DNA of 64,000 nt from positions 625,832-689,831 of the forward strand of contig JBPOGH010000001.1 in assembly GCA_051252135.1 (NCBI GenBank), read 5' to 3'. Shown in pieces: positions 37,585 to 46,967 of the stretch. The notes below the pieces were generated by a model. It saw nothing but the letters and a program-made list of their open reading frames with translations, searched no databases and was not told the origin of the DNA. Each line of letters starts with the position of its first letter. Positions within the stretch are counted from its first letter, which is position 1. Both the position numbers and the translations under genes were made by a program. Origin of the DNA: Verrucomicrobiaceae bacterium (lineage in GTDB: Bacteria; Verrucomicrobiota; Verrucomicrobiia; Verrucomicrobiales; Akkermansiaceae).

Positions 37585-38348
37585 TACAATTTGGCAAACA
37601 CCACCAGGGACAGGGCAAACAACAGAATCAACGACCAAGCGAGCTGCCTCCCCGGCATCCCCCTCACAAAATAAACTCCCAGCAACACCGCATACAGCAC
37701 CCACGTCACCGTCGCCACCAGCAGATGCGCATTCACCTCACCCCCCTCCATCAAAATCCCGGAAATCACCCCGATCGTCAAAATGATCCAGCCCACCGCC
37801 GCAATCCGCGCCATCGCCTTCAGCAAACGACTCACCGACGGCATCCCCAGACTCAGCCCTCCCTTCAGATCGTGCGACTTCAGCCGCTTGTTCAGCAGCA
37901 AAAACATCACCCCCGCCACCGCTGATAGCGTCAGCGCCCCGTAGCTCAGCACCGAGAACGCCGCGTGCGACTCCCGCCACGCATCCACCACTTCCACCTT
38001 CACCGGATTCTCGTCCAACGACCCCGGAATCAAGGTCACCACCTGCAAGGCAAACACCACCGGCGCACTAAACACCCCCAACAACGACAACCGATACGTC
38101 GTCCCCGTCACCAGATAAAAGAAGGTCAGCGACCACGCCAAAAACAAACAAACCTCCCCCAGATCACCCAACGGACACTGCCCCCGCTGCGCTCCCCGCT
38201 CTCCCAGAAAAAGGAGTTGGAAAATAAACGCCCCGCACATCCACCAAAAGGCATGCCGGTGCAGCCGCTCATCCGCCCGACCCCGCCAACCAAAGACCGC
38301 TCCGGCCAACGCCAAAACGGATGCTCCAATCAGGTAAAGCGTTTCCAT
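37584..38348 (-). CDS. CcsA/HemX-like integral membrane protein (cytochrome c assembly family)
   Basis: About 8 TM segments, conserved His in SHAAFSVLSY, KRLK loop; TAATG coupling to hemA. Confidence 0.75.
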   Translation of the reverse strand: METLYLIGASVLALAGAVFGWRGRADERLHRHAFWWMCGAFIFQLLFLGERGAQRGQCPLGDLGEVCLFLAWSLTFFYLVTGTTYRLSLLGVFSAPVVFALQVVTLIPGSLDENPVKVEVVDAWRESHAAFSVLSYGALTLSAVAGVMFLLLNKRLKSHDLKGGLSLGMPSVSRLLKAMARIAAVGWIILTIGVISGILMEGGEVNAHLLVATVTWVLYAVLLGVYFVRGMPGRQLAWSLILLFALSLVVFAKL

Positions 38349-38451
38349 GCCCCGATAACTGCCCCCGCCAGCCCAACCTTTCAAGTGCGGAAAGTGAATC
38401 TCTCCCGATATCGACTTTCCCCTTCCCCGAATTACGCCTAGCGTCCCCCCC

Positions 38452-38976
38452 ATGCCCACCGCAGCAGACCTCGACTCCGCCATCCGGGACGTCCCCGATT
38501 TCCCCAAGCCCGGAATCCTCTTCAAGGACATCACCCCCGTCCTCGGAGACCCCGCCCTCTTCAAAACCTCCCTTCAACTCCTTGCCGATACCGCCCAAGG
38601 CGAAAAAATCGACAAAGTCGTCGGCATCGACGCCCGCGGCTTCATCTTCGCCGCCGGAGTCGCCCAGATCCTCAACGCCGGCTTCGTCCCCGTCCGTAAA
38701 AAAGGCAAACTCCCCTGGACCGTCCACTCCATGGCCTACTCCCTCGAATACGGCGAAGACACCGTCGAAATCCACGCCGATGCCATCAAACCCGGCGAAA
38801 AAGTCCTCCTCGTCGATGACCTTCTCGCCACAGGCGGCACGGCAGCTGCTGCCATCAAGCTCCTCAAAGCCCTCGATGCCGAGATCGTCGCCACCTCCTT
38901 CCTCATCGAACTCAAAGACCTCGACGGCCGAAAGCACCTCTCCTCCCCCCGCGTAGAAGCAATCCTCACCTACTAA
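38452..38976 (+). CDS. apt: Adenine phosphoribosyltransferase
   Basis: PDFPKPGILFKDIT, DARGF, RKKGKLP, LEYG, VDDLLATGGT. Confidence 0.96.
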   Translation: MPTAADLDSAIRDVPDFPKPGILFKDITPVLGDPALFKTSLQLLADTAQGEKIDKVVGIDARGFIFAAGVAQILNAGFVPVRKKGKLPWTVHSMAYSLEYGEDTVEIHADAIKPGEKVLLVDDLLATGGTAAAAIKLLKALDAEIVATSFLIELKDLDGRKHLSSPRVEAILTY

Positions 38977-39000
38977 CAATACGAATCTGAAACAGACCGA

Positions 39001-39405
39001 ATGAGCGGTGATTTCCAGTTAAAAGAAGAAACCCAAAAGGTAATTGGCTGCGCATTCGAAGTCCTCAACGGCATTGGCCACGGTTTCCACGAAAAGCCCT
39101 ACGAAAACGCCCTCGCTGTCGAATTCTCAAAACAAAACATCCCCTTCGAACAACAGCCCAGATTCCCGGTCATCTACAAGAACGTAACCGTCAGCGAATA
39201 CATTCCCGACCTCATCGCCTTCTCCCAAATCATCATCGACACCAAAGTCATTGACCAAATCAACAACCACGAGATCGGCCAGATGCTCAATTACCTCCGC
39301 ATCACCAAACTCCCCGTCGGCCTCATCCTAAATTTCAAACGCTCCCGCCTGGAATTCCGCCGCGTCACCTTAGATTCCCCCTCTCCCCCAAACCTCCAAT
39401 CCTAA
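39001..39405 (+). CDS. GxxExxY protein (PD-(D/E)XK nuclease-like)
   Basis: GHGFHEKPYENAL, PDLI, DTK, QMLNYLR and GLILNF match the family pattern. Confidence 0.92.
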   Translation: MSGDFQLKEETQKVIGCAFEVLNGIGHGFHEKPYENALAVEFSKQNIPFEQQPRFPVIYKNVTVSEYIPDLIAFSQIIIDTKVIDQINNHEIGQMLNYLRITKLPVGLILNFKRSRLEFRRVTLDSPSPPNLQS

Positions 39406-39461
39406 AACCATCCCTTCCATCCTGTCCATCTGCGGTTAAAAAACCTCCACCTTTCAATCCC

Positions 39462-41012
39462 ATGTCATTCGATACCTTCTCCAACAACCTCCTCCGCTAC
39501 CCCGATCTCCGCTTCAGCATCGACTTCTCCCGCATGGAAATCCCGGCGGACTTCAACGAGTCGATGAGCGACAAGATCGCCCGCGCCCTCTCCGACCTCC
39601 AAAAGCTCGAAGCCGGAGGCATCGCCAACCCCGACGAAGGACGCATGGTCGGCCACTACTGGCTCCGCAACCCCGACCTCGCTCCCAACGACGAAATCCG
39701 CGCGCAAATCACCGAGCCTCTCAAGGACCTCAAAAAATTCGCCTCCAAGGTCCACTCCGGCGAAATCTCCTCCCCCACCGGCGGACGCTTCAAAAACATC
39801 CTCATCATCGGCATCGGCGGCTCCGCCCTCGGCCCCCAACTCATCGAACAAGCCCTCGGCGGCAAATCCCCGGTAAAAACCTGGTTCTTCGATAACACCG
39901 ACCCCGCCGGCATCGACTCCGATCTCAAAGCCATCGGCTCCGACCTCTCAAACTCTCTCGCCGTCGTCATCTCCAAATCCGGCGGCACCCCCGAAACCCG
40001 CAACGGCATGCTCGAGGTCAAAAATGCCTACGAGGACGCCGGACTCGACTTCGCCAAGCACGCCATCGCCATCACCGGCGAAGGCTCCAAGCTCTACAAT
40101 TTCGCCCAGGAAGAAGGCTTCATCACCACCTTCCCCATGGAAGATTGGGTCGGCGGCCGCACCTCCGTCCTCTCCACCGTCGGCCTCGTCCCCATGGCCC
40201 TCCAGGGCATCGATCTCGACGCCATGCTCGAAGGAGCCAAAAAGATGGACCAGAAAACCCGAAGCGCCGACGTCACCACCAACGCCGCCCTCCGCATGGC
40301 CCTCGCCTGGTATCACGAAGGTAACGGCAAAGGCGAAAAAGACCTCGTCATCCTTCCCTACAAGGACTCCCTCGTCCTCTTCTCCAAATACCTCCAGCAA
40401 CTCATCATGGAGTCGCTCGGTAAGGCCGAGGACCTCGATGGCAACACCGTCAACCAGGGCCTCGCCGTCTACGGAAACAAGGGCTCCACCGACCAACACG
40501 CCTACGTCCAGCAACTCCGCGACGGCCTCCATAACTTCTTCGCCACCTTCATCGAAGTCCGTAAAGGACGGGAAGGAGACTCCATCACCGTCGATGGCGT
40601 GAACACCTCCGCCGACTACCTCCAGGGCTTCCTCCGCGGCACCCGCGACGCCCTCTTTGAAAATGGCCGGCACTCCATCACCATTTCCATCTTCGAGGTC
40701 AACGCCCACACCCTCGGCCAGCTCATCGCCCTCTTCGAGCGCGCCGTCACCTTCTACGCCTCCCTCGTCAATATCAACGCCTACCACCAACCCGGCGTCG
40801 AAGCAGGCAAGGCCGCTGCCGGCATCTTCCTCGATGTCCTCAACGAAGTCCGCGGCCACCTCACCGCCGAGAAAAAAGACGCCGAGCAACTCGCCTTCGA
40901 GTGCAATGCCGATGTCGAAAGCGTCTACCACGCCGCCGTCCACCTCTCCTGCAACGGAGAAGTCCAACACGCCCTCGGCGCCAACCCCAAGGAAGACACC
41001 TTCTCCCTCTAA
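39462..41012 (+). CDS. pgi: Glucose-6-phosphate isomerase
   Basis: GIGGSALG, ISKSGGTPET, VGGRTS, QQLIMESLGK, QPGVEAGK. Confidence 0.95.
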   Translation: MSFDTFSNNLLRYPDLRFSIDFSRMEIPADFNESMSDKIARALSDLQKLEAGGIANPDEGRMVGHYWLRNPDLAPNDEIRAQITEPLKDLKKFASKVHSGEISSPTGGRFKNILIIGIGGSALGPQLIEQALGGKSPVKTWFFDNTDPAGIDSDLKAIGSDLSNSLAVVISKSGGTPETRNGMLEVKNAYEDAGLDFAKHAIAITGEGSKLYNFAQEEGFITTFPMEDWVGGRTSVLSTVGLVPMALQGIDLDAMLEGAKKMDQKTRSADVTTNAALRMALAWYHEGNGKGEKDLVILPYKDSLVLFSKYLQQLIMESLGKAEDLDGNTVNQGLAVYGNKGSTDQHAYVQQLRDGLHNFFATFIEVRKGREGDSITVDGVNTSADYLQGFLRGTRDALFENGRHSITISIFEVNAHTLGQLIALFERAVTFYASLVNINAYHQPGVEAGKAAAGIFLDVLNEVRGHLTAEKKDAEQLAFECNADVESVYHAAVHLSCNGEVQHALGANPKEDTFSL

Positions 41013-41034
41013 ACCGAATCAACTTCCACCAAAG

Positions 41035-41080
41035 CCTGCTTCCTCACTCCGACATCGGAGGCGGAGAAGCAGGTTTTTTT
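41035..41080 (+). terminator. Intrinsic terminator after pgi
   Basis: CCTGCTTC...GAAGCAGG stem enclosing CTCCGA/TCGGAG, followed by T7. Confidence 0.75.
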
Positions 41081-41100
41081 GTTCCACTGAAGGCCCCTCC

Positions 41101-41805
41101 CTACTCCCCAACCCTGCGCATCACAAACTCAACCGGATTCTCAGCATCAGGGTGATGGAGTTCCTCGGGATTGGTTGGATTAAAATTAAATACAGGCGGA
41201 ACCTTCCACACGGTTTCGTACCCCTCTATCACAATGTCGCGCAGATCAATCGAAGCCCCCACCTCTTCATGAATTTGAAATCGTCCGGACTCGTCTGTCG
41301 TAGTATTGTTTGCCTTCGTCGTATCCCACCTATTCCCAGCCCTCATCACCTCTGCAATCGATACTCGAAAAGCAGGGATTTCTGTTTTTACGGAAGCCCC
41401 CGGCAAAGGTCGCCCCTCCGTATCAACTACCTTCCCATAAAACTCAATGCTCCCGTTTCTCGACACCTTGCTCCGATGATGAAGCACCGAATAGAGCCAC
41501 TGACTCCAAGGCGCGTCATCGGGTTTCGCCTCGATCTCATCTTGAGTGAATCTAAACCCCCCTCCGATTTCAGCCTCAACCTCTTCCATCGTAAAGTCTC
41601 TTCCCCCGTCAGCGTTATCGTCTTCCTCCGCCCTGTTCCGCACGACATCTTCCAACGAAGAAGCCCCCCCTTCCCTGCCCTCACGGCCACCAGCGTCATC
41701 TCCGTGCAATTCGTTCAAATAGACTTTCTCAAACAGCAGGGGAAAAAGTGAAAACACCACCCCGGAAAGAATCACGACCGATCCCACAAATAAAAATTTC
41801 CTCAT
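41101..41805 (-). CDS. Hypothetical membrane-anchored protein with carboxypeptidase-regulatory-like domain
   Basis: N-terminal TM; FYGKVVDTEGRPLPGASV...TTDESGRF prealbumin-like motif. Confidence 0.65.
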   Translation of the reverse strand: MRKFLFVGSVVILSGVVFSLFPLLFEKVYLNELHGDDAGGREGREGGASSLEDVVRNRAEEDDNADGGRDFTMEEVEAEIGGGFRFTQDEIEAKPDDAPWSQWLYSVLHHRSKVSRNGSIEFYGKVVDTEGRPLPGASVKTEIPAFRVSIAEVMRAGNRWDTTKANNTTTDESGRFQIHEEVGASIDLRDIVIEGYETVWKVPPVFNFNPTNPEELHHPDAENPVEFVMRRVGE

Positions 41806-41920
41806 ATCACTAACATATATAATCTATCCCACCTCAAAAGCCACCTTCAATGGAATTCCCCGGAACTGAACACCCAAATCGCCCCCTTTTTCATCAAGCA
41901 ATCTTCCAGCCCTAAGGGTG

Positions 41921-42421
41921 TTACTTTGGGTCTGTGCGGCTGGTCACATGCCGGTGAATGTCGCTGGTGAGCGTCTCGATCCGCTGGCCCAGCTGATTCG
42001 TCAACTCGGTCAGCTCCGTATTCTTTTCCATCAACTCCACAATCAGGGACAATTGCTTCGCATTCGCTCCAGCCAACTCTTCCCGATGCAGCGCATCACT
42101 CTCGACTCCCGCCTTATCCCGGTCGGCCTGTCGCGTCTGCGCCAATAGAATCAGCGGTGCCGCATACGCCGCCTGCAAACTGAACGCCAGGTTCAGCAGG
42201 ATAAACGGATAGAGGTCAAAATGAACCAGCCCCGTCGCATTGATGATAATCCAAACAGCGACCACCATCGTCTGAGCGATCAGGAAAGTCGGCGTCCCAA
42301 AGAATCGCGCAAACGCCTCCGCTCGTGCGCCAAAGGCGCTCGATCCGAAAACGGGAGACATGCTTTTGCTTCCCAAATGGAAGCGAAGATGGTGTTTGGC
42401 CTTTACCTCGGGTTCATTCAT
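41921..42421 (-). CDS. DUF1003 family membrane protein
   Basis: FDLYPFILLNLAFSLQAAYAAPLILLAQTRQADRD signature. Confidence 0.9.
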   Translation of the reverse strand: MNEPEVKAKHHLRFHLGSKSMSPVFGSSAFGARAEAFARFFGTPTFLIAQTMVVAVWIIINATGLVHFDLYPFILLNLAFSLQAAYAAPLILLAQTRQADRDKAGVESDALHREELAGANAKQLSLIVELMEKNTELTELTNQLGQRIETLTSDIHRHVTSRTDPK

Positions 42422-42577
42422 AACTCGTGATCTTTCGTTGATTTCCCCTCCCAAATCAAACAGGAAGTAGCAGAGATGAAAGGAGCTCTTTCAAAGGCTA
42501 AAAAGAAAAACTCCCAAGCCCATCACCTCTGCTCTCTCTGTGGTTAAAAATTCTCCCCGCCCCCCAAACTCACCCCC

Positions 42578-45500
42578 CTACCCCAGCCGCACCTTCTTCC
42601 CCGGCGGGAGCTCAGATGCACCAGCATCTTCCCTGTGCCTCCCGGTCTTCCCAAAGACATCTTCAAGAACCAAGTAAAGGCACGGCAACAAAATCAAGGT
42701 AATCGCCGTCGCAAACAAAATCCCGAAGCCCAAAGACACCGCCATCGGGATCAAAAACTTCGCCTGCATGTCCGTCTCCAGCAGCATCGGCATCAGCCCC
42801 GCAAAGGTCGTCAGCGAGGTCAGCAGGATCGGCCTAAATCGCCGCGCCCCTGCATTCATTGCCGCTTGCAGAATACTCGGAGCATCCTTCCGGTGACGAT
42901 TCACATAATCCACCAGCACCAGACTGTCATTCACCACCACCCCGGCCAGCGCCACAATCCCGCAAAGCGACATAATGCTCAGGTTCATTCCCATAAAAAT
43001 GTGACCCGCAATCGCTCCCACCAACCCAAAGGGAATGATCGACATCACAATCAAGGGCTGCACGTAGCTCTTCAGCGGAATCGCCATCAGCACATACATC
43101 AGCATCAGGGCTCCCACAAAACCGATCATCATCTCGCGAATACTGTCCCGCTGATCACTCTGCTCCCCCTCAAAGGTATACCGCACCCCCGGAAACTTCG
43201 TCCCCAGCTCATCCAACACCTCCTCGGTGTAGCGCGCCACAATCTCGTTCGAATTGTAGCCCCCGGCCAAATCAACATCCCCTCGCACACTGATCGTCCG
43301 GAACCGGTCCACCCGCGTGATCGTCGCCGGACCACGACCGTAATCGGGCTCCAGCACCTCCAGAATCGGCACCTCGCTCCCTGACGGAGTCCGCAGCTTC
43401 ATCTCCTCAAAGTTCGCCAGCGACTTCCTCTCACTCTCGGGATAACGCACCATCACTTTCACTTCGTCACGTCCCCGCTGGAGCCGTTGCACCTCGTTTC
43501 CGTAAAACGCATCCCGCACCTGCCCCATCACCGACATCAAATCCAGCCCCAGCGCTTTCCCCCTCGGAGTGAGCTCGCGCACGATCAATTCCTCCCGACC
43601 CCGACGATCGGAATTCGACACTTCGATCACCCCCTCGTAGTCATACTTCAATCGCTCGGTCGCCCATTCCGCAGCCTCCTCCAGCTGCTTGCTGTCCGAG
43701 CTCGTCAAATTGAGATCAATCGCATTCCCGCCACCCGCTGTTTCCGATTTGATTTGAAGGGACACCAGCCCCGGAATCTCTCCCAGAAGCTCCTGCCACT
43801 TCACCTTGATCTCGGCCGAGGAAATATCGCGATCCTTCGCCGGAGTCAGCTCCAGCGTCACCTCGCCCAGATGGGTCCCCGTCGCCGGACCGCCCGGAGC
43901 AAAGCCCGCCCCTTGGAACGGCTGCATCCCCGCCGTCGCCAGCGCATTCACCACCACCGACTCTCCGTTCTTGTCCTTCAGCTCCGCACCCAATTTGAGA
44001 GCCGCCTCTTCAAGACGACGCACCACTTCCTGCGTATCCTGAAAGGGCGCCCCCAAGGGCATCTCCAGTTTTGCCGAGAGAATCTCACCCTCCACTTTCG
44101 GGAAAAACTCAAACGGAACCCACCCCGTCACCGAGAGGCTCAACGCAAGGATCACCAACGCCCCAAACGCTCCCAAAACAATGTAGCGGAACGTCAGACA
44201 CACCTTCAAAAAGGGCGTGTAAATCGTCTCTACAAACGTCTCCAGCCCCGAGGAAATCGCATGCTGTAATTTCGATAGCGGATTCCTCTTCGGAGCACTC
44301 GATGTCGGCTTCAACAAAGCCAGATGCGCCGGAAGAACAAACTTCGATTGCACCAGCGAAAACGCCAGCACCGGAATCACCACCAGCGGAATGTTCGGCC
44401 AAATTTTTCCACTCACCCCGCTCAACCCCAACATCGGAGTAAACGCCGCCATCGTCGTCAGCACCCCAAAAATCACCACCACGCCCACTTCATGCGTCCC
44501 CTTCCAGCTCGCCTCCCGCGGATGCTCTCCCCCCTGAATCCGGGTATAAACATTCTCACCCACCACAATCGCGTCATCCACCACAATCCCCAGCACCAGA
44601 ATAAAGGCAAAAGCCGAGATCATGTTAATCGAAATATCGAACTGCGGCATCAGCCAAATCCCCCCCGCAAAGGACACCGGAATCCCCAAGGCCACCAGCA
44701 GCGCCAGACTCGGTCGCAGAAACAGCGCCAACACAATCAGCACCAAAAGAAGCCCCCATCCCATATTGCGCTTCAGCAAATCCAAACGCCCCTCCAGCAT
44801 CAGACTCGTATCATTCCACACACTGATCTCCACCCCGGGCGGTCGCTCCAGATTTTCCAGATAATCTTTTGCCAGCGCCGCCACCGTCAGCGTGTCCTGC
44901 TCACCCACGCGGAAGACATGCAGCACCACCGCATTCCGCCCGTTGAAAGTCGAGGTCAGCTCCACATCTTCAAACCCGTCGATCACGGTCGCCACTTCAT
45001 CCAGACGCACTTCCGATCCATCCGGCAGCGTCTTCACCACCACCGTCCGAAAATCCTCCCCGCGATACCTCTTCCCGATCGCCCGCACCACAATCTCACC
45101 CGACCCGGTTTTTACCGAACCGCTGGGCAGATCCAGCGACGTCCGCCGCACCGCCTCCGCCACTTCACCAAGCGTCAGTCCAAACTCCCTCAGCTTGTCC
45201 TCGGGCACTTCAATCGAAATCTCAAAGGGCCGCACCGAGGCCAGCTCCACCTTCTTGATCTCAGGTGTCCCTTTCAGAAATCGCGAAATCTTGTTGGAAA
45301 TCCCCTCCGCCTCCGGAGCCTCGTAGTTCAACAAGCCATCCCTGATTTTTTCCGCAAAGGCACGCAAGCTCTCCTCATCGGTGTCCGCACTGATCGCCAC
45401 ACTCAGAATCTGCCGGTTCACAATGAGCTCCTCCAGAATCGGCCGCTCCGCATTCTCCGCAAAGTTGTCGATCGCGTCGACGTTCGTCTTCACGTCGTCC

Positions 45501-45817
45501 ATCACGTTCCGCGTCTCGTAACCCGTATCCACCTGGATCGTCACCGCCCCAAAGTTGCGACTCGCATTGGAGGTCACCTTCTTGATCCCTTCAACATCCG
45601 CAATCGCCTCCTCAATCGGAATGATCACTCCATTCGTCACTTCGTCCGGCGTCGCATTCGGATAAGGAACCTGCACCACCACCGCATCAAAGGAGGTCTC
45701 GGGAAAAATCTCCTTCCGCAGCTGAAACCAGGTCGTAAACCCGGCCACCACCACCGCCAGCATCAGAAAGTTCGCCGCAACATGATTGCCGCTGAACCAT
45801 TTAATAATCTTCTCCAT
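42578..45817 (-). CDS. RND efflux transporter permease subunit
   Basis: 1079 aa; LGIVVDDAIVVGEN, GVVVNDSLVL, RRFRPILLTSLTT. Confidence 0.95.
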   Translation of the reverse strand: MEKIIKWFSGNHVAANFLMLAVVVAGFTTWFQLRKEIFPETSFDAVVVQVPYPNATPDEVTNGVIIPIEEAIADVEGIKKVTSNASRNFGAVTIQVDTGYETRNVMDDVKTNVDAIDNFAENAERPILEELIVNRQILSVAISADTDEESLRAFAEKIRDGLLNYEAPEAEGISNKISRFLKGTPEIKKVELASVRPFEISIEVPEDKLREFGLTLGEVAEAVRRTSLDLPSGSVKTGSGEIVVRAIGKRYRGEDFRTVVVKTLPDGSEVRLDEVATVIDGFEDVELTSTFNGRNAVVLHVFRVGEQDTLTVAALAKDYLENLERPPGVEISVWNDTSLMLEGRLDLLKRNMGWGLLLVLIVLALFLRPSLALLVALGIPVSFAGGIWLMPQFDISINMISAFAFILVLGIVVDDAIVVGENVYTRIQGGEHPREASWKGTHEVGVVVIFGVLTTMAAFTPMLGLSGVSGKIWPNIPLVVIPVLAFSLVQSKFVLPAHLALLKPTSSAPKRNPLSKLQHAISSGLETFVETIYTPFLKVCLTFRYIVLGAFGALVILALSLSVTGWVPFEFFPKVEGEILSAKLEMPLGAPFQDTQEVVRRLEEAALKLGAELKDKNGESVVVNALATAGMQPFQGAGFAPGGPATGTHLGEVTLELTPAKDRDISSAEIKVKWQELLGEIPGLVSLQIKSETAGGGNAIDLNLTSSDSKQLEEAAEWATERLKYDYEGVIEVSNSDRRGREELIVRELTPRGKALGLDLMSVMGQVRDAFYGNEVQRLQRGRDEVKVMVRYPESERKSLANFEEMKLRTPSGSEVPILEVLEPDYGRGPATITRVDRFRTISVRGDVDLAGGYNSNEIVARYTEEVLDELGTKFPGVRYTFEGEQSDQRDSIREMMIGFVGALMLMYVLMAIPLKSYVQPLIVMSIIPFGLVGAIAGHIFMGMNLSIMSLCGIVALAGVVVNDSLVLVDYVNRHRKDAPSILQAAMNAGARRFRPILLTSLTTFAGLMPMLLETDMQAKFLIPMAVSLGFGILFATAITLILLPCLYLVLEDVFGKTGRHREDAGASELPPGKKVRLG

Positions 45818-45820
45818 GGC

Positions 45821-46963
45821 TTACTCGGTGGGTTCGGCTACCTCCAATGTCATGCCCTCAACCGGCATCTCCATTTTTGTCATGATCACCCGCTCCCCGT
45901 CCTCCACCCCCCCCGTGACATAAACGGAATCCGCATTGCTCCGCACAATCGTCAGGGTTCGAAATTCCAGCTGCCCCTCGTCGTTCACCACCGCAATCCG
46001 GTCCCGCCCGCGCACCGCACTCCGTGGAATCTCGATCACCCCGTCCAAACTCACTCCGGATACCCGGGCCTGCAAAAACATCCCCGGCGGCGGGAGCCGG
46101 AATTGCTCCGGCGCCTCCTCGTTTTCCAAAATCTCCGCAATGATGTAGGCCGATAGCGACGCCCGGTCGATCTCCCCTTCACGCCTCACGATCCTTCCCG
46201 GCCATTCCAGCGTTTCACCTCCCAGTTTCGCACTCAAAACAATCCGGGCCTTCTCATCAAGAACCGCAAAATCAGTCAGCGAAAACGGCAGCCTGACTTC
46301 AAATCCCTCGGTCCCGTAAACCATCCCCAGCCGGGTTCCCGGCATCACCGTCGCCCCCAGATCAAGTGTCGCCTCACGCACCCGACAGTCAAAGGGCGCA
46401 CGAATCCGCGTCCGGTCCAAATCTTCCAAAGCCTTCTCAACCATCGCCTGGGCCGAAGCCACCCGCGCCTTCGCGCTCTCAAGATAAGGCACCCGCAGCA
46501 CCATCTCACTCGCCGGCTTCCCTCCGCCAATCTTTTGCCAGTCCCGCGCCGCCTGCTCCCCCCTCGCCGTCTCCTGCTTCAGCATCAGACGGGCATCCGC
46601 CAGATCCGCCTGCGCCTGCGCCACCGCCGCCCGGTAATTCACTTCGTCCACTCTCAAAATCACTTCCCCGGTTTCAAAACGGCCCCCCACTTCAAACCGC
46701 GGATCCACAAACACGATGCGCCCTCCCACTTCCGCCGTCAGCACCGTCTCGCGCCGCGCCGCCACCAATCCCTCACTGCTCAAAGGCAGCGGGGCATCCG
46801 CCTTCTTCACCACCAACACTTCCACCACCGGAACCGTCACTTCCTGCTCCTTCTTCTTCGCCTTGGGTGCAAATTTCTTCAGCAACAGGAAACCTCCCAC
46901 CGTAATAACGGCAAGACACAGTAAGGTGATCAGGGTAACGACAACAATTCGTCCGGACTTCAT
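45821..46963 (-). CDS. RND efflux periplasmic adaptor (membrane fusion protein)
   Basis: N-terminal TM, AEVGGRI, coiled hairpin, RTRIRAPFD, IPRSAV. Confidence 0.92.
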   Translation of the reverse strand: MKSGRIVVVTLITLLCLAVITVGGFLLLKKFAPKAKKKEQEVTVPVVEVLVVKKADAPLPLSSEGLVAARRETVLTAEVGGRIVFVDPRFEVGGRFETGEVILRVDEVNYRAAVAQAQADLADARLMLKQETARGEQAARDWQKIGGGKPASEMVLRVPYLESAKARVASAQAMVEKALEDLDRTRIRAPFDCRVREATLDLGATVMPGTRLGMVYGTEGFEVRLPFSLTDFAVLDEKARIVLSAKLGGETLEWPGRIVRREGEIDRASLSAYIIAEILENEEAPEQFRLPPPGMFLQARVSGVSLDGVIEIPRSAVRGRDRIAVVNDEGQLEFRTLTIVRSNADSVYVTGGVEDGERVIMTKMEMPVEGMTLEVAEPTE

Positions 46964-46967
46964 AATT

